Shown one piece after another: positions 19,615 to 28,610 of a DNA stretch of 64,000 nucleotides. The position numbers and the translations under genes are program-made. Every line of letters starts with the position of its first letter. The first letter of the stretch is position 1. Source of the stretch: Myxococcales bacterium (lineage in GTDB: Bacteria; Desulfobacterota; Binatia; HRBIN30); the NCBI GenBank assembly GCA_037445065.1, contig JBBILD010000008.1, positions 123,131-187,130 of the forward strand, in the 5' to 3' direction. Under the pieces are notes generated by a model. The model made no database searches. It saw only the letters and a program-made list of their open reading frames with translations, and was not told the origin of the DNA.

Positions 19615-20949
19615 ATGACGCCTTTCGATTTCGTTCCAGGGCCGGGCTCGCGGCGAGTGGTTGAAGAGGAGCGGCTCTATCTCGCTCCGGGTGTGCAGCG
19701 CATTGCCTCGCTCTCTGGCTTGGTGTTCCATCGCGGCCGAGGGTGTACGCTCGAGGACGTGGATGGCAACCGGTACCTGGACTTTTTTGCCGGTGTCGGG
19801 GTGGCAAGCTTGGGCCACAGTCACCCGCGCTTCGTTAGCGCCGTTCAGCGGCAGGTGGAGCGGTTGGTTGTCGGCAGCTTCACTTCGCAAGCCCGCGCTC
19901 GCCTCTTGCGCCTGTTGGCGGAACTAGGCCCGGGCAGGCTGCAGCGGTCCCAACTGTACAGTGGTGGTGCCGAGGCCGTAGAAGCAGCCATTCGGCTGGC
20001 GAAGTCGTACACGAAGAAATTCGAAGTGATTGGATTCTGGGGTGGTTTTCACGGGAAGACCGGTGGAGTCATCGGCCTGATTGGCGATCCCTGGAAACAG
20101 CATTGGGGACCGTTGCCTCCCGGAACGCACTTGCTGCCGTACGCGGATTGTTACCGCTGCCCGTTCGACCTGCAGTACCCGAGCTGCGGTATGTTTTGCT
20201 TGGAGTTCGCACGCCGGGCCATCAAACGGAGCACTGCCGGAGCCGTTGCGGCCATTGTCGTCGAGCCGATGCAAGGGACGGCGGGGAACGTGATTCCTCC
20301 GCCTGAGTTTCTGCCTGGCGTGGCGGAAATCGCGCGTGAGCACGATGCGGTGCTGATTTGCGACGAGATCATTACCGGCTTTGGGCGTACGGGAACAATG
20401 TTCGCGTGCGAGCACACCGGGGTCGAGCCAGACGTAATGACGATCGGGAAGGGCTTCGGGAACGGCTTCCCGATCAGCGGCCTCATTGCCCGCGAGGAGG
20501 TTACGCAAGCAGAACCGTTCTCCAGACCGAGCGCCTCTTCTTCCAGCTACGGAGGGAATCCCCTGGCAGCCACCGCGGCCCTCGCGACGGTGGAAACCAT
20601 CGTCGAAGAAAACTTGGTCACGCACGCCGCCCGGGTCGGCGAGCGGTTACTGAATGAGCTGCGAGCCCTGCAGGAAAAGTACCCCTTTGTCGGCGACGTG
20701 CGTGGCGCTGGGCTTCTTATCGGTCTGGACCTGGTGCGCGATCGGCGCAGTAAGGAGCCTTTGCCCGCCGAAGTAACCGAGTGGGTCTTCCTGCAGGCGC
20801 TGCAGCGGGGTTTGCTGTTTATGGGGTACTTCTCCCGCGTTCGCATCAATCCTCCGTTGGTTCTAACCGAGAGTGAGGCGCGCGACGGGGCGGCAATCTT
20901 GGACGAGGTGTTTGCTGAGTTGGAGCGGAGTGGGCGGCATCGCGCATGA
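19615..20949 (+). CDS. Class III PLP-dependent aminotransferase
   Basis: DVDGNRYLDF, SGGAEAVE, FHGKT, EPMQG, DEIITGFGRTG, IGKGFGNG, SYGGNP. Confidence 0.92.
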   Translation: MTPFDFVPGPGSRRVVEEERLYLAPGVQRIASLSGLVFHRGRGCTLEDVDGNRYLDFFAGVGVASLGHSHPRFVSAVQRQVERLVVGSFTSQARARLLRLLAELGPGRLQRSQLYSGGAEAVEAAIRLAKSYTKKFEVIGFWGGFHGKTGGVIGLIGDPWKQHWGPLPPGTHLLPYADCYRCPFDLQYPSCGMFCLEFARRAIKRSTAGAVAAIVVEPMQGTAGNVIPPPEFLPGVAEIAREHDAVLICDEIITGFGRTGTMFACEHTGVEPDVMTIGKGFGNGFPISGLIAREEVTQAEPFSRPSASSSSYGGNPLAATAALATVETIVEENLVTHAARVGERLLNELRALQEKYPFVGDVRGAGLLIGLDLVRDRRSKEPLPAEVTEWVFLQALQRGLLFMGYFSRVRINPPLVLTESEARDGAAILDEVFAELERSGRHRA

Positions 20950-21962
20950 CACGACGGCGGCGTGGGGCACTGCTTGGCTTCGGAGAAATGGCGCGCCTGG
21001 GGCACTTGCCTGCCTGGAGGGAGCGGCCGGAGTTCGAACTGGTCGCGGTGGTTGACCCCAACCCGGAGCGACTGGCATTGGCCCGGCAGGCCCTACCACA
21101 CGCTCGGCCCTGCTCGACCTTGGAGGAATTGTGGGAGCACGGCCCCCTCGACTTCGTAGACATTGCTACGCCACCCACTTTCCACACCGCTATGGCCCGA
21201 GCTGCCCTCGATCGCGGGATCGCTGTTTTGTGCGAAAAGCCCTTGACGACGAATTTGACCGAATTCCTCGTGCTCGCGGCCATCAGCCGGAGCGGCGGTA
21301 TTGCCCTCCACACGGTTCACAATTGGCGCCATTCGCCTGCGCAGCGGGCCGTTTCCGCGTTGTTGCAAAGCGGGCGTATCGGACGAGTGCGTCGCGCCGA
21401 AATCCGCGTCGAACGAGAAGGGTGTGCGGTGGGAAGCGCAGGTGACTGGCGCCTGCTGGGCGAGGTCGCGGGAGGGGGAATCCTCACCGATCACGGCTGG
21501 CATGCGTTCTATTTGGTCGCGGGGTGGTTGGGCGGCACCCCGCGATTCGTTCGCGCCTCGGCGGAGCAGCGGCGCTACCTCCATGCCGAGGTGGAAGATA
21601 CGTCGCACTGCGTGATCGAGTTCCCGAGCGGAACGGCGGAGCTGCACCTCACTTGGGCTGCGTCACGACGCCACACAGCGTGGCGAATCGAAGGGGAGCG
21701 CGGGGAAATTCGAGTCGAGCAAGGGGTTTTGGTGCTCGAGGATGAGCGGGGGCGGATGCGGCGGCCAGTTGCGGGGCTGTCTGCTGGTTCCCATCACCCG
21801 GATTGGTTCGGCGCCGTCATCGAGGAGTTTCGTTCTGTCCTGGAGGACCCTACGCAGTCCAATTTAGAGCAGGCCGGCTGGTGCGTGGCTCTCCTGAGCC
21901 AGGCGTACCGCTCGATTCGTCAAGGGGGAGCCAGGGTGCCTGTGTCCCTGTCGCTCCCGTGA
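20946..21962 (+). CDS. Gfo/Idh/MocA-family NAD(P)-dependent oxidoreductase
   Basis: GFGEMA, IATPPTFH, CEKPL, GGGILTDHGWH; start overlaps aminotransferase stop. Confidence 0.9.
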   Translation: MTRRRRGALLGFGEMARLGHLPAWRERPEFELVAVVDPNPERLALARQALPHARPCSTLEELWEHGPLDFVDIATPPTFHTAMARAALDRGIAVLCEKPLTTNLTEFLVLAAISRSGGIALHTVHNWRHSPAQRAVSALLQSGRIGRVRRAEIRVEREGCAVGSAGDWRLLGEVAGGGILTDHGWHAFYLVAGWLGGTPRFVRASAEQRRYLHAEVEDTSHCVIEFPSGTAELHLTWAASRRHTAWRIEGERGEIRVEQGVLVLEDERGRMRRPVAGLSAGSHHPDWFGAVIEEFRSVLEDPTQSNLEQAGWCVALLSQAYRSIRQGGARVPVSLSLP

Positions 21963-21975
21963 GCGGGAACGAGGA

Positions 21976-23169
21976 GTGGACATGGATCGCGCGGTGATTC
22001 TACCGCCCACGGAAGCTAGCTTTTGGCGCGTTGCGGGGCTCACGGTATTGGAACGGGTAATACGGACTGCCCAGCGCGCTGGTTTCCAGACGGTGGCGGT
22101 GTGGTTGCCGGAGGAGCGAGATCCCGCCCCGTGCGGGAGTGCCGAGCGCAATGCTCGACCTCTCTTGTCCGACGTCCGTCTCCAGCCAAAACCCCGATTG
22201 GATGACCATGTGTGGGTGCTTTTGCCGAGCGATGCAGTGTGGCCGGCTGCTACCTTACACGCTTTGCGTGGGTTGCCCCTGAACGGCGCCGTACAGGAGA
22301 TCGAGCTTGCGCCGGGCGTGAGCGTGTGGGTCGGGCCCGGAAAGCAATTGACTCGCATCCTCGAGGGTTGCGAGCCTGCTCGCGCCGCAAAGCTTTTAAG
22401 TACGCTAGCCAGCGCAAAACTCTCTCTGCCCGACGGGGTAGGCGTGCGAGTCGCACAGCGCCGAGCCGTGGATCACGCCGAGCGCGTGCTGTGCGAACAC
22501 ATTCGCGGCCAGACGGCGGGGTCGGATGGTTTGCTGGCACGCTGGTTCGACCGCCGACTGTCGCTTTGGCTGAGCCGACAAATCGTTCGCTACACCTCGC
22601 TCCGCCCGAATCATATCACGCTGCTGGGCACCGCCGTGGGCTTGTTTGGGGCTGCTTTGCTGCTGCGTGGCGAGTACGCGAGCAATGTGCTGGGAACAGC
22701 GTTGTTCTGGCTGGCGACGGTGCTCGATGGATGCGACGGAGAGGTGGCTCGGCTCAAACTGAGCGAGTCGAAATTTGGGCAGGTGCTGGACGTGGCTACC
22801 GACAACCTCGTCCACGCGGCTGTGTTTCTCGGCCTGGGGTTGGGTTACGCCCGCGCGCAGCCGGAGGCCCCGTACGGGTGGCTCACGGTTTTGTTGCTCG
22901 GCGGCTTCGTCTGCGCTGGAGGTGCGAGCTACTTTGCGCTGGTGCGGCACCCCGAACTTTTTGTGGGGGACCAGCGCCGTGCCTCGCGAACAGCCCGGAT
23001 GCGAGCGGCTTTGCTGCAGGGACTCAAGGCGCTCATGACCCGGGATTTTGCGTATCTGCTTTTGCTTCTCGCTTTCCTCGACCGCTTGCATTGGTTCTTG
23101 TGGGGTGCAGCTTTCGGCACGTACGGTTTTTGTCTCCTGCTTTTGCTCCTCTACCGCTGGCGCCCTTGA
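21976..23169 (+). CDS. CDP-alcohol phosphotransferase (DIPPS-like) with degenerate N-terminal NTP-transferase-like region
   Basis: DGLLARWFDRRLS...PNHIT, LDGCDGEVAR...GQVLDVATD CDP-alcohol motif; N-terminal VAGLTVLERVIRTAQRAG. Confidence 0.87.
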   Translation: MDMDRAVILPPTEASFWRVAGLTVLERVIRTAQRAGFQTVAVWLPEERDPAPCGSAERNARPLLSDVRLQPKPRLDDHVWVLLPSDAVWPAATLHALRGLPLNGAVQEIELAPGVSVWVGPGKQLTRILEGCEPARAAKLLSTLASAKLSLPDGVGVRVAQRRAVDHAERVLCEHIRGQTAGSDGLLARWFDRRLSLWLSRQIVRYTSLRPNHITLLGTAVGLFGAALLLRGEYASNVLGTALFWLATVLDGCDGEVARLKLSESKFGQVLDVATDNLVHAAVFLGLGLGYARAQPEAPYGWLTVLLLGGFVCAGGASYFALVRHPELFVGDQRRASRTARMRAALLQGLKALMTRDFAYLLLLLAFLDRLHWFLWGAAFGTYGFCLLLLLLYRWRP

Positions 23170-23183
23170 GAGGTGGGCGAGCC

Positions 23184-24188
23184 ATGGGAGTACTGCGCTC
23201 GCGGAAATTCGAGGCGGCCTTTTTTCTCCTGGGCATCGCGTTGTTTGCCTGGCTGGCGCAGCGCTTTGGCTGGTCAACGCTCGTGGATGCGGTGCAACTC
23301 GCCGGCTGGGGTTTGCTGGCCGTTGTCGCGCAGGAGATCCTCGCGCATCTCTTGAACACGCTCGGCTGGTATTTTGCGTTTGCCCGCACCAGCCGCCGCC
23401 CTCCGTTCTCCTCGATGCTCCTCGCCCGCATCGCGGGGGATGCCGCCAATTACCTTACCCCGACTGCGACCCTGGGTGGTGAGTTTGTCCGCTTGCAACT
23501 GCTGCGGGATGCTACCCATGGCCGGGAGCTGGTGGCTTCGCTGGCGGTAGCGAAGTTGGCGCAAAGCGCGGGACAAGTGGTGTTTATTTCTGCCGGTGCC
23601 CTCGTGCTCCTGCCGGCCCTTGCACTCGATGCGAAGTGGTGGTGGACGATAGCTGCAACCATCGCGCTCATGGCCGTAGCGTTGGCCGTGCTTTTGTGGT
23701 GGCAGCGGCGAGGTATGTTCACTTCGCTGGGAGGTTGGCTGGGACGCGCCAACCCTTTAGCGCGCGAGCGATGGGACCGCCGCTTGGCTGTGCTCGACGC
23801 CGAAGTTAGCCGCGTGTACCAGGAGGCCGGGCTGCGCATGCCGCTTTCGGTGCTCGCCTTTGCTCTCGGTTGGGCGGCGGGCGTGATCGAGATGTACCTG
23901 ATCCTCTGGTGTTTAGGATTGCCGGCAAGCTGGAGCCTCGCGCTGGCGATCGAGGTGCTCTCGGTGACCGTTGACGGTTTGCTCTTTTTTATTCCGGCCA
24001 AAATGGGTGCGCAGGAGGGGGGTAAGGCGTTGATCTTTGCCCTCTTGGGGCTGGACCCGAGCCGCGGCTTCTCTGCTGGCGTGCTGCGCCGAATTCGTGA
24101 ACTGGTTTGGTCGGGCGTTGGCCTTGGCCTGTGGTGGCTCGTCCGCTGGCGGAACGGAGTGCAGGTCTCCGCGGCCAGTTTGGGGTAA
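23184..24188 (+). CDS. Lysylphosphatidylglycerol-synthase TM / flippase-like membrane protein (HpnL-like)
   Basis: Multi-TM; RIAGDAANYLTPTATLGGE, FFIPAKMGAQEGG, RRIRELVW. Confidence 0.82.
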   Translation: MGVLRSRKFEAAFFLLGIALFAWLAQRFGWSTLVDAVQLAGWGLLAVVAQEILAHLLNTLGWYFAFARTSRRPPFSSMLLARIAGDAANYLTPTATLGGEFVRLQLLRDATHGRELVASLAVAKLAQSAGQVVFISAGALVLLPALALDAKWWWTIAATIALMAVALAVLLWWQRRGMFTSLGGWLGRANPLARERWDRRLAVLDAEVSRVYQEAGLRMPLSVLAFALGWAAGVIEMYLILWCLGLPASWSLALAIEVLSVTVDGLLFFIPAKMGAQEGGKALIFALLGLDPSRGFSAGVLRRIRELVWSGVGLGLWWLVRWRNGVQVSAASLG

Positions 24189-24197
24189 GGAGGGGGC

Positions 24198-25166
24198 TTG
24201 CTGCCAGCGAGTGTTGCAGCAGGGCGGGAACCCGCAGCGCGTCTCGGGCCGCAGCAGGCTCTTATCGTCTCTGCAGATGATTTTGGCCTCTCCCACGGCG
24301 TCAACGAGGCAGTCCGGCAGGCGCACTGCCACGGTGTGCTCACCAATGCGAGCCTGATGGTCAATGGCTCAGCGTTCGAGGAAGCGGTAGACATCGCGCA
24401 CTCGCTGCCGAGCATGGGCGTGGGCTTGCACTTGGTGCTCTTGCAGGGGCGCGCAACCCTTACCGAACTCGACCTCCCAGGACTGATTTCTCGCGAGGGT
24501 TTCTTCCGGCAAGACCCGGTCCGTACCGGCTTGCTCTATTTTTTCGCAAAGCGCTTGCGCGACCAACTCGAAAGAGAAATCCGCGCTCAGCTCGAAAAGT
24601 TCCTGGCCAGCGGGCTCGCGTTGTCGCACGTTGACGGGCATTTGAACATCCACGTGCACCCAACGGTGCTGAGCATCCTTGTCAGCGTTGCGGCGGAGTA
24701 CGGCATTCGCGCCCTGCGCCTGCCTAGGGAGCCTTTGCGGTTATCGCTGCGCGCTAACCACTCGCAACTGCTGCGCAAAGTGGTCGAGTCACTCACCTTT
24801 CGCGCGTTGTGCCGCCATGCGGCCAGGCGGCTCGACGAGCATCGGATCGCTTATCCCGATCAGCTTTTTGGGTTGCATCACTCGGGGCACATGACCGAAT
24901 CGTACCTGCGGGTGATGACCGAGAGCCTGCCGCCAGGAGTGACCGAAATCTACACGCATGCTTCGCGGGTGGACGACGAGGCAGCCCGTTGGCGTCCGCG
25001 GGACTACGAGTGTGAAGGCGAGCTGCAAGCTTTGCTCAGTGCGCAACTAAAACAGCAGATCCAAGACCGTGGCATCGCGCTGATCACGTACCGGGATCTG
25101 CCGCGACTTCGGGGGGCGGAGCAGAACGAGACTCGGTCGCCGTCGCAAGCAACGCTGCTCCGCTAA
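24198..25166 (+). CDS. hpnK: Hopanoid biosynthesis-associated deacetylase (YdjC/ChbG family)
   Basis: SADDFGLS, ASLMVNG, GLHLVL, HVDGHLNIHVHP, GVTEIYTH; close to hpnJ. Confidence 0.85.
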   Translation: MLPASVAAGREPAARLGPQQALIVSADDFGLSHGVNEAVRQAHCHGVLTNASLMVNGSAFEEAVDIAHSLPSMGVGLHLVLLQGRATLTELDLPGLISREGFFRQDPVRTGLLYFFAKRLRDQLEREIRAQLEKFLASGLALSHVDGHLNIHVHPTVLSILVSVAAEYGIRALRLPREPLRLSLRANHSQLLRKVVESLTFRALCRHAARRLDEHRIAYPDQLFGLHHSGHMTESYLRVMTESLPPGVTEIYTHASRVDDEAARWRPRDYECEGELQALLSAQLKQQIQDRGIALITYRDLPRLRGAEQNETRSPSQATLLR

Positions 25167-25956
25167 TGGCCAAAACGAAGGCCAGCAGGCGATAACTTGC
25201 CTCTGGCTGCTGTGGGGGAAGACGCTCGCCGAGCACGACCAAACCAGCGACGATGGGCAACATGTCGGAAAGAACTGTGAGGATCGGCACCACCACCACA
25301 CCGCGCCCGTGCTGCAGTGCTGACTGCATCAGGGAAAAGCCGGCGACATTGGTAACGATAGTCAGCCAAAGAGCTGAGCTACGCAGCACCTCGGCCAAGG
25401 ACGGCGCCACCGCCAGGAGTTTCGCAAAAAGCCCTGAGAGACCGAGGATCAGACCCGCCGCGATCGAGTACCCTACGGGCCGCCCCGGCCGCGAATCGAG
25501 CCCGAATGCCAGCGTGGCAAGCAACACTTGAGTCGCGACGAACCACCACAAACCTCGCGGTGCGGTCGGGAGCACCGGCTCGTCGTCCAAGGAAAGCCCG
25601 AACAAGACCAAGGCCACGGTGATCGAGAGGGCTCCGAGCCACTCCCGTTTCCCCGCCGACTCGCCGAGCAGCGAAACTGCCAAGAGCAGGAACAGGACCA
25701 GCCCCCCGCTCAAAGCAGTGTGGACGAGGGACAGAGGAGCGAAGCGGAGCACGGCAAGATAGAGTCCGTACCCAAGCGCTTGCAGGGCGACTCCCCAGAG
25801 CCAGGCAGGGTTGCGCAAGAAAGCCGCCCACGATCGGAACCGTAGGCCACCCGCCAGTTCCGGCATCTTTGGTGCCTCGCGCTTCATCAGGTAGAGGCCG
25901 CAACTCAGAAAAGCGCTGGCTACGGCGGCAAGAAACAGGGCGAGTTGCGGGCTCAT
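25084..25956 (-). CDS. DMT-superfamily membrane protein
   Basis: About 9 hydrophobic helices; NPAWLWG, APLSLV, GESAGKREWLG, FSLMQSALQHG; 3' end overlaps hpnK by 83 bp. Confidence 0.75.
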   Translation of the reverse strand: MSPQLALFLAAVASAFLSCGLYLMKREAPKMPELAGGLRFRSWAAFLRNPAWLWGVALQALGYGLYLAVLRFAPLSLVHTALSGGLVLFLLLAVSLLGESAGKREWLGALSITVALVLFGLSLDDEPVLPTAPRGLWWFVATQVLLATLAFGLDSRPGRPVGYSIAAGLILGLSGLFAKLLAVAPSLAEVLRSSALWLTIVTNVAGFSLMQSALQHGRGVVVVPILTVLSDMLPIVAGLVVLGERLPPQQPEASYRLLAFVLAISGAALLATATESRSAPPPEVAADPGT

Positions 25957-26058
25957 GCGTGCAGTCGGGCCGAGCTGTTGCAAAACTCCTGCAGAGCTGC
26001 CCCCGGGGCCAATGTTCCGTTCGGGGAGGGGTGAGCAACCAGGTGAGGAGTCAAGCGG

Positions 26059-27492
26059 TCAGGCAGATGCTGCCGGCTCCCGCCTCTGGGCAAAGAAGGA
26101 GAAAAACTCGCGCGCCTCGCGCAAGCGGCGAACCATCACTTTGCGGTCTTTGAGCATGTCCTTCATAATCCGCAGAATCGGCCGCGGGCGCAGGTAAAAC
26201 GCCTTGTAAAAATGCTCGAGCGCCTCGTGCATTTCCTGCGACGAGAGTTCTGGGTAGTTCAGAACCGCTTGCTGGATACCGTGGTCTTCTACGAGTCCGT
26301 CTTCTCGATCCGGCGGTAGCCAGCCTTTTTCCTTCGCCTGACGGTACAACTCCGTTCCCGGATACGGGGCAGCCAGGGACACCTGCAAGCTGTACGGGTC
26401 GAGTTCCTTGGCGAACTCGAGGGTGCGCGCGATGGTTTCTGGCGTCTCGCCCGGCAGGCCAATGATAAACGTGCCGTGCACCAAGATGCCGAGCTTATGG
26501 CAATCGCGCATGAATTCGCGCGCGCGGTCCACCCGCGTGCCTTTGCGGATATTGTTCAAGATGTGTTGGTTCCCGGTTTCGAAGCCAACCAAGAGCAGCC
26601 GCAGCCCATTGTCCTTGAGCACCTTGAGCGTTTCGTACGGGACGTTTGCTTTCGCGTTGCAGGACCATGTGATCCCTAGTTTCCCGAGGCCGCGCGCGAT
26701 TGCCTCGGCGCGCGGGCGATCATCGGTAAAGGTGTCGTCGTCGAAAAAGAACTCCCGCACCTGAGGAAAAATCTCTTTGGCGTGCGCCATCTCAGCGATC
26801 ACGTGCTCGGCGCTGCGGGTGCGGTAGACGTGCCCGGCGATCGTTTGTGGCCACAAGCAAAAGCTGCATTTGCTCCGGCAGCCGCGCCCGGTGTACAAGG
26901 ACACGTACGGGTGCTGCAAATAACCAATGTAGTAGTTCTCGATGACGAGGTGCTTTTTGTACACGTCCACCACGAACGGGAACGCATCTAGGTCGTGGAT
27001 GGGCGGCCGAGTCGGGGTGCGCCGGATCTCCGTTCCCTCGCGGTACGCCAATCCGGCCACGTTCTGGTAGGGCTGGCCTTCGGCGATGTCGCGGATCACG
27101 TAGTCGAATTCGCCGAGCGTGACAAAGTCCACCGCAGGAGCCACCTGCAGTGTCTGCTCAGGAAGCACCATGGTGTGGGCGCCGACAAAGCCGATCACGG
27201 CGTGCGGGTACGCCTCTTTGAGGGCGGCCGCGACTTTGGCGTCGGACCGCAACGATGGCGTAGAGGTGTGGATGACGATCAAATCGTGGCCAGCCGCGCG
27301 CTGAATGACTTCTTCCAAGCCGAGTTCGTGCGGCGGTGCATCAATCAACGTACTGTCGGGAAGCAGCGATGCAGCCTGGGCAAGCCAAGTCGGGTACCAG
27401 AAGGAACGGACTTCGCGCCGCGCCTGGTAGCGCGACCCAGCCCCGCCGTCGAAATGGTCGAACGACGGTGGGTTCAAGAACAACGTTTTCAT
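26059..27492 (-). CDS. hpnJ: Hopanoid biosynthesis-associated radical SAM protein
   Basis: MKTLFLNPPSFDHFDGGAGSRYQARREVRSFWYPTWLAQ N-terminus characteristic of HpnJ; CRSKCSFC radical-SAM motif; FFDDDTFTD. Confidence 0.93.
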   Translation of the reverse strand: MKTLFLNPPSFDHFDGGAGSRYQARREVRSFWYPTWLAQAASLLPDSTLIDAPPHELGLEEVIQRAAGHDLIVIHTSTPSLRSDAKVAAALKEAYPHAVIGFVGAHTMVLPEQTLQVAPAVDFVTLGEFDYVIRDIAEGQPYQNVAGLAYREGTEIRRTPTRPPIHDLDAFPFVVDVYKKHLVIENYYIGYLQHPYVSLYTGRGCRSKCSFCLWPQTIAGHVYRTRSAEHVIAEMAHAKEIFPQVREFFFDDDTFTDDRPRAEAIARGLGKLGITWSCNAKANVPYETLKVLKDNGLRLLLVGFETGNQHILNNIRKGTRVDRAREFMRDCHKLGILVHGTFIIGLPGETPETIARTLEFAKELDPYSLQVSLAAPYPGTELYRQAKEKGWLPPDREDGLVEDHGIQQAVLNYPELSSQEMHEALEHFYKAFYLRPRPILRIMKDMLKDRKVMVRRLREAREFFSFFAQRREPAASA

Positions 27493-27800
27493 CGCCACAG
27501 CATCACCCCGTTTCCAGGCCGCTGCACAGTAACCGAGCCCACCTGCACGATCAAGGCAAAGTGCGCGCAGCTTTGGGGAAGGGTTTCCTTGTCTTTGGCC
27601 CGATGGTGCTTCTCGACAGCCTGGGTGTGCCGCCTGGGAGGAATGGGCGGAAGGGAAAGTCGCAGTGAGCAACGAAGCGATCCGCCCGCTCTGACGGTAG
27701 CCGGATGGAGGCACGAGCGAAAAGAACGGCTGGGGTGGAGGCAACGTTGGCGGAAATCGAGTTCTGGCTAGCCGCGGCGGTGAGGTGCTAACTAGCCGCC

Positions 27801-28610
27801 ATGGCAAAAGCGACGGTTTTGGCGCTTACCGCCGGAGCGGTGATGTGGCTGACGTTCCTTGGCCACTCTGCGCGCGCGCAAAGCAAGTTTGCGGGGCTAG
27901 TTGAAACGCGGCGCGTGGAGGTGGATGCAAACACGTTGGTTCGCGTTCTGGGTGGAGTTGCCGGGGATCCGGTGCAAGTGTTCAGCTTGCCGAGTGAGCG
28001 GATCGTGCGCCTGAAAGAGCAGGGAGATCCCGGGGTGCAAGTCAAGGAAGAAGTCTTCCGTGTGCGAGACGGTGTTGTTCGCGCAGATGTACCCTGGCGG
28101 AACGGGCCTTCGTTTGTCCTGATCCGCGTTGGTCAGGACGTTATGGAATGGGTCCATCCCGGGGAACGCACTGTGATCCAGTGGCGCAAACCGCCCATTT
28201 TGCGCCAGCTCACGCCGAGCCCGACTCCCGCGTTACAACCCTTGCAGCGAACGGTTTCGCTGGGGGGCCTCGAGGCCGAAGGCTACCAGCTCAAGCGAGG
28301 AAGCGAGATCGCCTGGGTGTGGATTGCTCGCTCGCCTGCAGGCCTGGCGGAAATCGCGAAAGCCGTGGCCGCCTTATCGCAGGCAATCAAACCGGAAGCG
28401 GAGCGCGTGGACGATTTTGCAATACGGGCCGCTTCTGCGATCGGATTTCCGGCCCGTGTGCAGGCGTGGACTGCGCGTGGCTACACCTTGTACGAAGTGG
28501 TGCGCGTGGAGCCGAAGGAACAACCCGCGGAGGATTTTGCGGCGCCGCGGGACTTTCGCCGCGTGTCTACGGGCGATCTCCAAGGCGAGAAAGAGAGCCG
28601 ACAGCCGTGA
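27801..28610 (+). CDS. Exported protein, DUF4412-like
   Basis: Signal peptide (ARA-Q), TVSLGGLEAEGYQL, IGFPARV, C-terminal FAAPRDF; resembles 44355-45167. Confidence 0.55.
   Translation: MAKATVLALTAGAVMWLTFLGHSARAQSKFAGLVETRRVEVDANTLVRVLGGVAGDPVQVFSLPSERIVRLKEQGDPGVQVKEEVFRVRDGVVRADVPWRNGPSFVLIRVGQDVMEWVHPGERTVIQWRKPPILRQLTPSPTPALQPLQRTVSLGGLEAEGYQLKRGSEIAWVWIARSPAGLAEIAKAVAALSQAIKPEAERVDDFAIRAASAIGFPARVQAWTARGYTLYEVVRVEPKEQPAEDFAAPRDFRRVSTGDLQGEKESRQP

Noticed and set aside
19615..20949. Calling the aminotransferase hpnO
   Set aside because: Class III fold and hopanoid context fit, but I cannot distinguish it from other class III enzymes by eye, and its coupling to the dehydrogenase suggests a different role.
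22212..23183. N-terminal extension making the flippase ORF 658 aa (possible frameshift fusion)
   Set aside because: It overlaps the CDP-alcohol transferase in another frame and reads as non-protein-like; ATG 23184 has its own GAGGTG RBS.
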